Source of the DNA: Candidatus Methanomethylicia archaeon
GTDB taxonomy: Archaea > Thermoproteota > Methanomethylicia > Nezhaarchaeales > B40-G2
Direction of reading: 5' to 3'
DNA length: 21,869 nt
Assembly: GCA_029259155.1 (NCBI GenBank)
Contig: JAPDJI010000003.1
Span: forward strand, 1-21,869
Each line of letters starts with the position of its first letter. The first letter of the stretch is position 1. A program made the position numbers and the translations under genes. The notes under the pieces are model-generated. The model was not told where the DNA came from and did not search any database. It saw nothing but the letters and a program-made list of their open reading frames with translations. Below are positions 9,112-17,407 of the stretch, piece by piece.

Positions 9112-10502
9112 GCCTTATAAAGACCCTCCCTACGCAGGATCTCCCTCGCCACCCATACACCTGAAGCTGACGCTTGAACCAATCCTCTAGTTATCCCAGC
9201 TCCGTCACCTATGGCAAATAGGTTGTTCACCTTAGTCTCAAGCTTACTGCTTAACTCAAGCCTAGAACTGTAGAACTTCACCTCCACCCCGTAGAGGAGT
9301 GTATGGTTAGAGTAGACGCCTGGAGCTACCTGGTCTAAAGCCTTAAGCATCTCTAAGATGTTAGTTAGGTAACGGTAGGGAAGCACGAAGCTTATGTCGC
9401 CTGGCGTAGCTGTCTTGAGCGTAGGTTCCACGGAGCTCCTCTTGATGCGATCCCACGTAGACCTCCTACCACTTTTAAGGTCTCCGAGCCTCTGGACAAT
9501 AACACCACCACCGAGCAGGTTGGCCAAGCTGGCTATGTATCTACCGTAGGCTATAGGTTCCTTAAAAGGCTCAGTGAAGGAAGTGCTCACCAGTAAGGCG
9601 AAGTTACTGTTATCAGTACGCCTATCCACGTAGCTTTGTCCGTTAACCGTCACTACGCCGTCGTAGTACTCGGTTATGACCTCGCCGTGAGGATTGAAGC
9701 AGAAGGTCCTAACCTTATCATCAAAGGTCTTGGAGTAGTAGATGAACTTAGGCTCATACAGCACGTCCGAGAGATGCTCCATCACGTAGGCAGGTATCTC
9801 TACGCGCACCCCTACGTCCACCGGGTTGTTGGTTAACTTGAGCCCCAGCCTCTCAGCCTCCCTCTTCAACCATGCAGCACCGCTCCTACCAGGTGCCACC
9901 ACCACATACTTACCCTTCAACACCTCTCCTCCCTTGACCCTCACTCCTTGCAGCTTACCCTCCTCAACTATGATCTCTTCAACCTCTATCCCTGTCTTCA
10001 CCTCTACCTTACCCTCCAGAGCTCTCCTCATCGCTTTAACCACCTCTACGCATCGCTCAGTCCCTAGGTGGCGAACCTTCACGGGGATTAGCTTGAGCCC
10101 AGCAAGCGAAGCCTTATGCTTAAACTCGCCTATCCTATCCATGTCTACGCCGTAGACCTCGTTAGGAGCACCAAACTTGACGTAAAGCTCATCCACGTAG
10201 TTGATGAGAGAGTCCAATTCCTCCTTACCTAAGTACTCGTTTAGCCATCCTCCAACCTCAGATGAAAGCGTAAGCTTACCATCGCTAAAAGCGCCCGAGC
10301 CACCCCACCCACTAAGCAAGTTACATGGATTACACTTTACACAGCCGAGCCCACGGTTAGCAGGGCAACGTCGATGCTCTACGTCTTTACCTTTATCCAG
10401 CATCACTACGTCTAAGCCTCCGTAAGATGCGAGCTCTAAAGCCGTGAAGATACCAGCTGGGCCGCAGCCCACCACGATAACATCATGTTTCAAGCAGCGC
10501 AC
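9108..10502 (-). CDS. NAD(P)/FAD-dependent oxidoreductase (COG2509-like, uncharacterised)
   Basis: Rossmann motif VVGCGPAG, Cys cluster CPANRGLGCVKCNPC, GWGGSGAFSDGKL, YGVEVKFYS and GDGAGITRGL. Confidence 0.9.
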   Translation of the reverse strand: MRCLKHDVIVVGCGPAGIFTALELASYGGLDVVMLDKGKDVEHRRCPANRGLGCVKCNPCNLLSGWGGSGAFSDGKLTLSSEVGGWLNEYLGKEELDSLINYVDELYVKFGAPNEVYGVDMDRIGEFKHKASLAGLKLIPVKVRHLGTERCVEVVKAMRRALEGKVEVKTGIEVEEIIVEEGKLQGVRVKGGEVLKGKYVVVAPGRSGAAWLKREAERLGLKLTNNPVDVGVRVEIPAYVMEHLSDVLYEPKFIYYSKTFDDKVRTFCFNPHGEVITEYYDGVVTVNGQSYVDRRTDNSNFALLVSTSFTEPFKEPIAYGRYIASLANLLGGGVIVQRLGDLKSGRRSTWDRIKRSSVEPTLKTATPGDISFVLPYRYLTNILEMLKALDQVAPGVYSNHTLLYGVEVKFYSSRLELSSKLETKVNNLFAIGDGAGITRGLVQASASGVWVAREILRREGLYKA

Positions 10503-10739
10503 CGGTGCAACACCAAGCAGGGAGAATATAACCTTTACGTGAAGAAGAGCGCAGTCTCAGCCTATCTATTGGTTAACGATCCTTTAAAACTAGGGCAAAC
10601 AGGGTTGAACGAAAGCCGTTGATACGCAGGGAGGAAGTTAGACGAGGCTGAAGCTAAAAGCAGCTGCAACGCTCCATTTCAACTGAACGGGAGCTTTATT
10701 ATATTAGCAAAGACGGTTAGTGTTGAAGAGGATGCAAGC

Positions 10740-11540
10740 ATGGAGGAAATGATGGATAAGCTGGTTAGATACTTAGACCTCACGTTTTATGAGGCTAAAG
10801 CGTATGTCACATTGCTTATACACGGCCCTCTCACCATGATGGAGCTCGCCGATCTCAGCGGAGTTCCTAGGCCTAAATGCTACCCTGTGGCTAAAAGCTT
10901 AGTCTTAAAGGGGATGGCCACTTTAACGCCGTCAAGGCCTATGAAGTGTCAGAGCCTACCTCCAAGCCTTGCGATCAAGAATAGATTAGCTCAGCTCGCC
11001 CAGGAACTTGAAAACAAGAAAAACGCAGCTGAATCACTGTTAACTCTACTCGAAGCTTTATCGTCCCAGAGCCCTCGCCAAATAACCAAGGTGGAGCAGG
11101 TAGTTTCATTGATAGAGGGGTTGGTTAACACCATCTCCTTCATTAAGTTTGACCTAGAGAGGACCAAGCAGGAAGCGTTGGTAGCTATTTCTAGCACACC
11201 GGTACGTTTTGACTGGAGGGAGCTACTTAGCTCCTTGGCCCGCTCAATGGAGAAGGGGGGAAGCATCAAGCTCATAGTCCCCTCTTCAGGTATCCTCGCA
11301 GAGGCTTATAGAAGCGAAAACGTATTGGAGTGGCTTAAAGAGGGCAAGTTGAGCTTTAGAGTATATGGAAATGTACATCAACCCTTCTCGGTGTTCGATG
11401 TAAGAGTGGTTTACGTATTCTTCACCGACCCACAGCTTAAGGAGCTGCTTTTCTCGGTGAGGATGGAGGATCCAAGGTTTGCTAAGCTCATGAAGGGCTA
11501 CTTCGATTTATTATGGGAGAGAGCGGCTCCCCCTAAATGA
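10740..11540 (+). CDS. TrmB-family transcriptional regulator
   Basis: N-terminal winged HTH LTFYEAKAYVTLL...ELADLSGVPRPKCY, a coiled-coil linker, and a C-terminal PLD-like effector domain ending YFDLLWERA. Confidence 0.9.
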   Translation: MEEMMDKLVRYLDLTFYEAKAYVTLLIHGPLTMMELADLSGVPRPKCYPVAKSLVLKGMATLTPSRPMKCQSLPPSLAIKNRLAQLAQELENKKNAAESLLTLLEALSSQSPRQITKVEQVVSLIEGLVNTISFIKFDLERTKQEALVAISSTPVRFDWRELLSSLARSMEKGGSIKLIVPSSGILAEAYRSENVLEWLKEGKLSFRVYGNVHQPFSVFDVRVVYVFFTDPQLKELLFSVRMEDPRFAKLMKGYFDLLWERAAPPK

Positions 11541-11541
11541 A

Positions 11542-11563
11542 GTTACTACTTCTAGTTACAAAA
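11542..11563 (+). promoter_or_regulatory. Putative operator, copy 1 (GTTACTACTTCTAGTTACAAAA), just upstream of TATA-like TTATAA at 11567-11572
   Basis: 20/22 identical to the reverse complement of 15431-15452; contains TACT-N3-AGT. Confidence 0.7.
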
Positions 11564-11596
11564 TAATTATAAGGTGATCGTCGTGGACGTGGCTAC

Positions 11597-12127
11597 ATGC
11601 AGCATGCAGGCTCCTCAAGAAGCCTTAAGGCGTCAACGATAGCTCTAACTTCTTCTCTACTATTCATAGTTTCCATAGTTAACCCCTACGTGTACCATGC
11701 TGTCCAGATACTCTTCGTTATAATTTTCACCATCGGAGTCCTCATAGTCGACATGTTTGGAGGCGCCACGCTCATAGCTTTCATCGCAGGCCTACTCAAC
11801 TCGCCAGTATCTATCGTCGGCCCGTTTATAATGTTGGCGTGGCTCGTGAGGGGGAGTACCACGGACCTTTTGTTTAGGATCCTGAAAATCTACGGTTACC
11901 ATCCTTTCCACAGCGTAAGGGTAGCATTAGCTATGACCGTGAGCAGCTTGGTCACAGGTCTCTTCCACTATGGAGTAATGGTTAAGGCTCTAGGCCTCAT
12001 ACCCGAACCTCCCCTCCCTCTGCTTGCATTGATCTTCATCGTATCCGCCGCCTCTACGTTTATGGGTGCTGTTATCGCTGTCAAGGTGGTCAACCGCTTA
12101 AGGAGGGAGCTTGATTGGTGCACTTAA
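11597..12127 (+). CDS. Small integral membrane protein (~5-6 TM), possibly ECF-transporter S-component-like
   Basis: 176 aa, almost entirely hydrophobic segments with GGATLIAFIAGL. Size and topology resemble S components (inference). Overlaps the start of the radical SAM gene. Confidence 0.7.
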   Translation: MQHAGSSRSLKASTIALTSSLLFIVSIVNPYVYHAVQILFVIIFTIGVLIVDMFGGATLIAFIAGLLNSPVSIVGPFIMLAWLVRGSTTDLLFRILKIYGYHPFHSVRVALAMTVSSLVTGLFHYGVMVKALGLIPEPPLPLLALIFIVSAASTFMGAVIAVKVVNRLRRELDWCT

Positions 12128-13220
12128 GCTCTATAGTGCATGGCACGAGCGAGATCTCGAGTATCGAGAGAGATGCAGGGAGGCCTATGATAAACATGGT
12201 GTAGGCGAGGTCCTATGGTTAGTGACAGGCAACTGTAACTTAAGGTGTCCTCATTGTTACGTCGACGCCCCAACCTCTCCTCTTAACGAGTTAACGGCTT
12301 CCGAAGCCATGAACGTAGTTGAGGAGCTAGTGAGGCTTGAGGTACCAGTGGTCTTCATTAGTGGAGGAGAGCCTTTGATGAGGCGCGACATATACGATGT
12401 CTTATCCTCACTAAGCGAGCATGGAGTGTTGACGGTGCTGAGCTGCAACGGCTTGTTGCTTAGCGAAGGCATCGTTAAGAGGCTGGGAAGGTGCGGCGTA
12501 TGGTTCGTAGCAGTCCCGCTCTATGGTCCTCCGCAGCTGCACGATAACATAACAGGGGTTGAAGGGTCCTTCGTGCGCATAGTCGAAGGAATAAAAGCCT
12601 GCGTAGAGGAAGGGATGCACGTATGCGTTAAGACCCTCGTGTCTTCACGAAACTACGACCATATCCCTTACCTCTTAGAGAAGTGCTTAGAGCTAGGGGT
12701 TAGAGCCTTCTACATATGTGACTTAGTAAACCTCGGTAGAGCCAAGACGCTTAATAAAGAAAAGCTACCACCTTCCCGGTGGATGGCCCTCCTAGATAAG
12801 CTAGTAAAGCTCGTTAAAGAAGAGAAGGTCGAAGTAGACATCGGCGCCATGCCTTCAGCAGCTCCATATCTCATTGAGCAGTTCGGCGGCCCAAGCAAAC
12901 CTCTACGTAGCAGCTGCCCAGCTGGGAAAGGCTTCATATCTATATCCCCTTCAGGAACAGTGTTACCATGCAACTTCCTCTTGGAGGTTGAGGTAGGCAA
13001 CATAAGGACAGCGAGCCTCGAAGAAATAGTCAGAGAATCTGAAGTGCTGAGCAGACTACGGCATTCACGGAGGTTTAAGGGACCATGCGGACAATGTAGG
13101 TACAACATGCTTTGCAGCGGCTGTAGAGCCAAAGCCTACATCTCAGGAGACCTTGAAGGCAGCGACCCCACATGTCTATTGTACATGCAAACATGGTCTA
13201 GGGAAGAAGGGAAAAACTAA
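12111..13220 (+). CDS. Radical SAM protein with SPASM domain (PqqE/NirJ/Ahb-like superfamily)
   Basis: Motifs CNLRCPHC and SGGEPL, plus SPASM cysteines CPAG...VLPC...CGQC...CSGCRA...DPTC. SD GGGAGG precedes the TTG start. Confidence 0.93.
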   Translation: MIGALKLYSAWHERDLEYRERCREAYDKHGVGEVLWLVTGNCNLRCPHCYVDAPTSPLNELTASEAMNVVEELVRLEVPVVFISGGEPLMRRDIYDVLSSLSEHGVLTVLSCNGLLLSEGIVKRLGRCGVWFVAVPLYGPPQLHDNITGVEGSFVRIVEGIKACVEEGMHVCVKTLVSSRNYDHIPYLLEKCLELGVRAFYICDLVNLGRAKTLNKEKLPPSRWMALLDKLVKLVKEEKVEVDIGAMPSAAPYLIEQFGGPSKPLRSSCPAGKGFISISPSGTVLPCNFLLEVEVGNIRTASLEEIVRESEVLSRLRHSRRFKGPCGQCRYNMLCSGCRAKAYISGDLEGSDPTCLLYMQTWSREEGKN

Positions 13221-13227
13221 GGATGAT

Positions 13228-15384
13228 CTACGCGCTACGCATCTGCCTTAAAACCCTGGGGAGGATGACCATTACTAGGGACGGCGTTAAGGTCATAGAT
13301 GCTAAGACGATGCACACCGATGAAAGTTCAAGTATTATAACTACGTCGAGTAACAGTCCTAATAAGTGAAGGAGAAGCGATGATACAAGCCAGGCAAACG
13401 CTACTCTAGCTATTTTACCTGCATCGATCGCCTTGAACCTGCGACCTAAAACGCTTCTCAGCAAGACTGCCAAGGGGCTAATGTAGGCTAGAGATATCAG
13501 CATACCAGCAGTAATGCCAGCAGCTACCACAGCCGCTTCAACGTTCCAACGAGCGAAGACATCGAAGACCCTCTCAGAGACCAGGAGAGAGCTTAACAGT
13601 GGATATAAGCTGCACCTGACAACTTGCCTTAGGTATTCATAACGGTACTCAGCTTCAGCTACGTAAGGGCTCCAAGAATAATACCAAGAGTTGAAAACTA
13701 CCATAAACGCAGCGCCGCCTTTCGTCGACGTGACCTTATAGTCCCTAAAGTCTCTCAAGAACTGGACAGGGCCCTCAAGCTCAGAGCCGAAGGCAGCCGT
13801 AGCGATTAAACAGCCGGGTGTAGTAGGCTGAGGCTCCGTGGGTGTCTCGACAGTGAAGGAAACAACTTCGCTAACTGAGGCTTCATGCTCAAGGTCTCCT
13901 CCAAACACTGCCTTAACGCTCCAGCTACCTTCAATCTCAGGGTTGAAGCTATAGGTAAAGGAACCATCGTCATCGCTTACCACCTCAACCGTCGTCGTGG
14001 AGCCGTCAGGACGGGTAAACACCAGCTCCAAGCACGCGTTCATGGCTGGAGCTATGCTACCGTAAACCGTTATCGCTGAGCCCAGCTCCACCTCACCGGA
14101 CGAGACCGATAAGGTTAGTGAAGTAGCTTCCTTAGTAAACTCAGCCACCGTGAACTGAGTAAAGTGAGATACGCTGGCGTATACATAATTAGCGTCTAGG
14201 TTCACATAGCTCTCCACTGGACACCATTTTTCCATCTCCTCATTATAGTACACTATGCATAGCTTAGCTTCATCCACCCCTAGCTCAAACACCAGCTCGT
14301 CGGTATAGGTGAAGTTTAAGGTTACCGGGTTGTCAAATGAAGCTTCAGGGCCTAGGTCAAATACCTGTAGGAAGAACTTTATGTGAAGGTCAGGGGGTGA
14401 GGGTGTCTCAACCACCTTCACGACCAGCTGCTCTTCTCCCAGCGAGAGGCCTTGTGGCAGCTCTAGGCATAGCTTGAGGTCGCCCATCGCTGTTTGGTTC
14501 ACCACGGTTAGCTTTATGGACCTTGAAAGCCTTCCACCCTCGACAGCCTCAGATAGATCGAAGACTATGGGTAAGCTTTCCGGCAAACGCTCACTCACCA
14601 TTACAGCTACCTCCTCCAAATCAGGCACGAAGCTTAGCAAGGTGGGGGCAGTGATGCTGGTTAAGCCCATCCTCAAGGACGAAGAGACGTTAACTCTACA
14701 CTCAACCCTTGTAGGTTCAGGGACCTCGAGGTCAATAGGGGCGTTAACGTGTAGGACGAAGTCACCTGTGATGGGGCCACAATACCTCTTAACCTCCGCC
14801 TGTACGACCCCTAACCTATACTCCGCCTCGGTCAGCACGGATCCCATGAAAACCTTGACTGGTTTGTCGGCGTTAACGACCTTAGCTCGGTACTCAACGA
14901 AGTCATCCACCGACACTACTATCACGGTCACCTCTTCATTGCTCAGCGGCATATAGATGGGTAGATGAGGGTAGTGGGGTACTTCGACTAGGCCCATAGT
15001 AGCGTTGCTAATGAAGCCCTCGACCTCGACCCTAAGGTCGCTCGGCAACAGAGTGGATAGAGTCTCGCTGAGCTTAGCCTTCACAACCTCCGCTCCATCA
15101 GGAGCCTCGACCAGTTCAACTCCAGGAGGTAATAGTTCGTAGACCACCACCTGCTTGATATCTCCAGACACGCCTTGCCACATCGGTGGCTGCCAAGCCT
15201 CTAACGTTAGCTTAACTGTGAAGACTTCTCCTTCCTCGACCGCGTGATCAGGCAGTTCCCTATACACTGCAGGCTTAAACACTGTGCCTCCCATGCTTCC
15301 TGAAGACGTCGGCGCCGCTATAGCGGAGGAAGCGACGGTCATGAGTATCAGGAGAAGCAGAGTCAAGAAACTTAACCTTTTCAA
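13228..15384 (-). CDS. Secreted/surface protein with Ig-like domains and CFI-box-CTERM domain
   Basis: Signal peptide MKRLSFLTLLLL, beta-rich acidic domains, a PT-rich linker, GCLIATAAFGS...VQFLRDFRD...WYYSWSP (CFI-box) and C-terminal TM helices. SD AGGTGA. Confidence 0.88.
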   Translation of the reverse strand: MKRLSFLTLLLLILMTVASSAIAAPTSSGSMGGTVFKPAVYRELPDHAVEEGEVFTVKLTLEAWQPPMWQGVSGDIKQVVVYELLPPGVELVEAPDGAEVVKAKLSETLSTLLPSDLRVEVEGFISNATMGLVEVPHYPHLPIYMPLSNEEVTVIVVSVDDFVEYRAKVVNADKPVKVFMGSVLTEAEYRLGVVQAEVKRYCGPITGDFVLHVNAPIDLEVPEPTRVECRVNVSSSLRMGLTSITAPTLLSFVPDLEEVAVMVSERLPESLPIVFDLSEAVEGGRLSRSIKLTVVNQTAMGDLKLCLELPQGLSLGEEQLVVKVVETPSPPDLHIKFFLQVFDLGPEASFDNPVTLNFTYTDELVFELGVDEAKLCIVYYNEEMEKWCPVESYVNLDANYVYASVSHFTQFTVAEFTKEATSLTLSVSSGEVELGSAITVYGSIAPAMNACLELVFTRPDGSTTTVEVVSDDDGSFTYSFNPEIEGSWSVKAVFGGDLEHEASVSEVVSFTVETPTEPQPTTPGCLIATAAFGSELEGPVQFLRDFRDYKVTSTKGGAAFMVVFNSWYYSWSPYVAEAEYRYEYLRQVVRCSLYPLLSSLLVSERVFDVFARWNVEAAVVAAGITAGMLISLAYISPLAVLLRSVLGRRFKAIDAGKIARVAFAWLVSSLLLHLLGLLLDVVIILELSSVCIVLASMTLTPSLVMVILPRVLRQMRSA

Positions 15385-15430
15385 TAGTGATCACCTTAAG
15401 CGTATAAGTTATGGGGCCCTGCTTTAATGT

Positions 15431-15452
15431 TTTTGTAACTTTAAGTAGTAAC
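15431..15452 (-). promoter_or_regulatory. Putative operator, copy 2 (GTTACTACTTAAAGTTACAAAA on minus strand)
   Basis: 20/22 identical to 11542-11563, in the same orientation relative to its gene, and followed at the same spacing by TATA-like ATTAAAG. Confidence 0.7.
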
Positions 15453-15606
15453 AAAATGTACCCTAGTCTAGGATTTCTGCCCTAAGGCTAAAAACCGGGG
15501 AGCCGCTAGGCTCTATGACACGTACATGGTAAGCGCGGCGTAGCCCGCGTGAACGCTGAAGGTTAACCATAAAGGTTTATAGGGCAAAAACACAACAATC
15601 CTCCTC

Positions 15607-15717
15607 GGCCCCTTTGGGCTCGGCGGGCAGAGCTCCGCCGTTACTCCGGATGCGGCTCAGCCAAGATGAAGGCTTGGCCAAGGGAGAAATCAACCTCTCC
15701 CATCGGAGGGGTGGGAG
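15607..15717 (+). ncRNA. Structured 5' leader of yhhQ-queC; candidate riboswitch / cis-regulatory RNA
   Basis: TATA box TTTATA at 15576-15581 predicts a start near 15605-15608. Five adjacent hairpins follow, plus an alternative hairpin that covers the SD region. Confidence 0.55.
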
Positions 15718-16368
15718 GTGGCTGAAGGAGAGGTACGTGTAGTATTAACGTCGCTATTCGTATCTTCGCTAGTGGTAGCTAACATAGCAGCCTCCAAGCT
15801 GGTACAGTTCTGGCAGCTCATATTTCCAGCTGGGACGCTGGCTTACTGCATAACGTTCCTATGCACCGATCTTTACGCAGAGTTCTTCGGCAGGAGAGAG
15901 ACCGAGGTAGTGGTGTTATCTGGTTTCGCCGCCAGCATACTGATGGTAGTGTTACTGCGCCTATCCATAGCAGCCCCCATAGCCCCCTTCCAGTCCAGCT
16001 ATCAAGAGGTGTATGCTAGCGTATTGGGCTCGACGGAGCGTATCGTGCTGGCTAGCATGGCGGCTTACCTCGTGGCACAGAGCCATGACGTGTGGGCTTT
16101 CCATTTCTGGGGTAGGCTTACGAAGGGTAAGCATCTATGGCTTCGCAACAACGCCTCCACCATGGTTAGCCAGCTACTCGACACCGTGGTGTTCACCTTG
16201 ATCGCGTTTTGGGGCTATACGCCGCTCCAAGCACTTCTAAACATGGTAATTGCGCTATACCTCGTTAAATGGTTCATAGCGCTTTGCGACACCCCCTTCT
16301 GCTACATAGGTGTATACGCCGTGCGTAGGGCTGTAGGCCTTAAACCCATCTGGATGAAGGAGGTCTAA
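15718..16368 (+). CDS. yhhQ: Queuosine/archaeosine precursor (preQ0/preQ1) transporter, YhhQ/VUT family
   Basis: Motifs ANIAASK, TFLCTDLYAEFFG, RIVLASMAAYLVAQSHDV, WLRNNASTMVSQLLDT and DTPF. Confidence 0.93.
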   Translation: MAEGEVRVVLTSLFVSSLVVANIAASKLVQFWQLIFPAGTLAYCITFLCTDLYAEFFGRRETEVVVLSGFAASILMVVLLRLSIAAPIAPFQSSYQEVYASVLGSTERIVLASMAAYLVAQSHDVWAFHFWGRLTKGKHLWLRNNASTMVSQLLDTVVFTLIAFWGYTPLQALLNMVIALYLVKWFIALCDTPFCYIGVYAVRRAVGLKPIWMKEV

Positions 16369-16369
16369 G

Positions 16370-17122
16370 ATGAGTGGCCTTAAAGCTGTGTCAATTATTA
16401 GCGGTGGGCTCGATAGCATAGGCTACGCCATGCAATGGAAAGTAAGGGGCTACGAGATTTACCCCTTGATATTTAACTATGGACAGAAAGCATCCAAAGA
16501 AGTCGAGGTTGCCCTACGGCTCTCAACTAGGCTAGGGTTTAAGGAACCAGTGGTACTAGACCTCAGCTCATTAAGAAAACTCTGGCCTAACACTCAGCTC
16601 ACCGACGAAAAAGTAGGCGTAGAGACCGAGTATATGCCTACCGTCGTGGTCCCCATAAGAAACGTGGTCTTCCTATCCCTAGCTTGCGCGTACTCGCTAT
16701 CGATAGGCGCCAGCGTGGTTACCTATGGAGCCCACCTAAACGACATAACCCCTAGACAGGACACCGGGGAACCTCTATACCCAGACTGTCACCCTGAAAC
16801 TGCCAGAGCCTTCGAGGAAGTAGTAGCCTTAGCCCACTTCCCCGTCGGCGAGAGGAAAGTCGAGATCTGGAGCCCAGCCAGAGAGGGATTAAGCAAAGCT
16901 GAAAACCTGAAAAGAAGCTACCAGTTGATGGGCGAGTTGATCTACGAGACCTGGAGCTGTTACCTAAGCAACGCTAAGCATTGCGGTCGATGTGAATCAT
17001 GCTTAAACAGGCATAAAGCCTTCATCGAAGCCGGCATCCCAGACCACACAGAGTATGAACACCACCCCCTAGTCCGGGAGGAATGCTTCAAGGGGCTGTG
17101 CGGGGTAAGCTTCAAGCGCTGA
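16370..17122 (+). CDS. queC: 7-cyano-7-deazaguanine (preQ0) synthase
   Basis: PP-loop SGGLDS, FNYGQK, VPIRN, YPDC and Zn site TWSCY...HCGRCESC. Confidence 0.93.
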   Translation: MSGLKAVSIISGGLDSIGYAMQWKVRGYEIYPLIFNYGQKASKEVEVALRLSTRLGFKEPVVLDLSSLRKLWPNTQLTDEKVGVETEYMPTVVVPIRNVVFLSLACAYSLSIGASVVTYGAHLNDITPRQDTGEPLYPDCHPETARAFEEVVALAHFPVGERKVEIWSPAREGLSKAENLKRSYQLMGELIYETWSCYLSNAKHCGRCESCLNRHKAFIEAGIPDHTEYEHHPLVREECFKGLCGVSFKR

Positions 17123-17209
17123 TGGTCTCCCAGACCTAAGCTAACGTCGCTTCCACCCATAGGTCATGAGGGCAAAACTAAAAAGAAAATCTCCCTTAAT
17201 GCGGATGGA

Positions 17210-17283
17210 GGGGCCGTAGGCTAGCTTGGTTAGACTGCGAGGCTTGGGCCCTCGTGACCCAGGTTCAAATCCTGGCGGCCCCA
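17210..17283 (+). tRNA. tRNA-Pro(UGG)
   Basis: Acceptor stem GGGGCCG/CGGCCCC, anticodon arm CGAGG-CTTGGGC-CCTCG, T-loop GTTCAAATC. No intron; CCA not encoded. Confidence 0.97.
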
Positions 17284-17407
17284 TGATTTATGTCATGTAT
17301 CGTTAACGTGGGCTAACGATAACTTAATGTTTGAAGATGTAGCATAGTACCGTTAGCTACTCATGGCCAGGAGGGAGGTTTATGTTAGTTCGGCCTCCAA
17401 TCCTTCC

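Noticed and set aside
11542-15452. The 22-bp inverted pair as transposon terminal inverted repeats
   Set aside because: No transposase lies between them, no target-site duplication is evident, and both copies sit in promoter register with their genes.
15621-15690. yhhQ leader as a known fluoride (crcB) or preQ1-II riboswitch
   Set aside because: Only a superficial likeness (GGCG...CGCC stem with pseudoknot; TTAC and CAAGGGAGA segments). The GAUG after the first crcB stem strand and the pyrimidine-rich preQ1-II loop are missing. An Rfam scan is needed to exclude these formally.
4064-17122. TatD plus QueC as a QatABCD defence system, or QueC as part of Dpd DNA modification
   Set aside because: The genes are ~11 kb apart in unrelated contexts, and there is no QatA ATPase, QatB or DpdA. 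QueC looks canonical and is paired with yhhQ.
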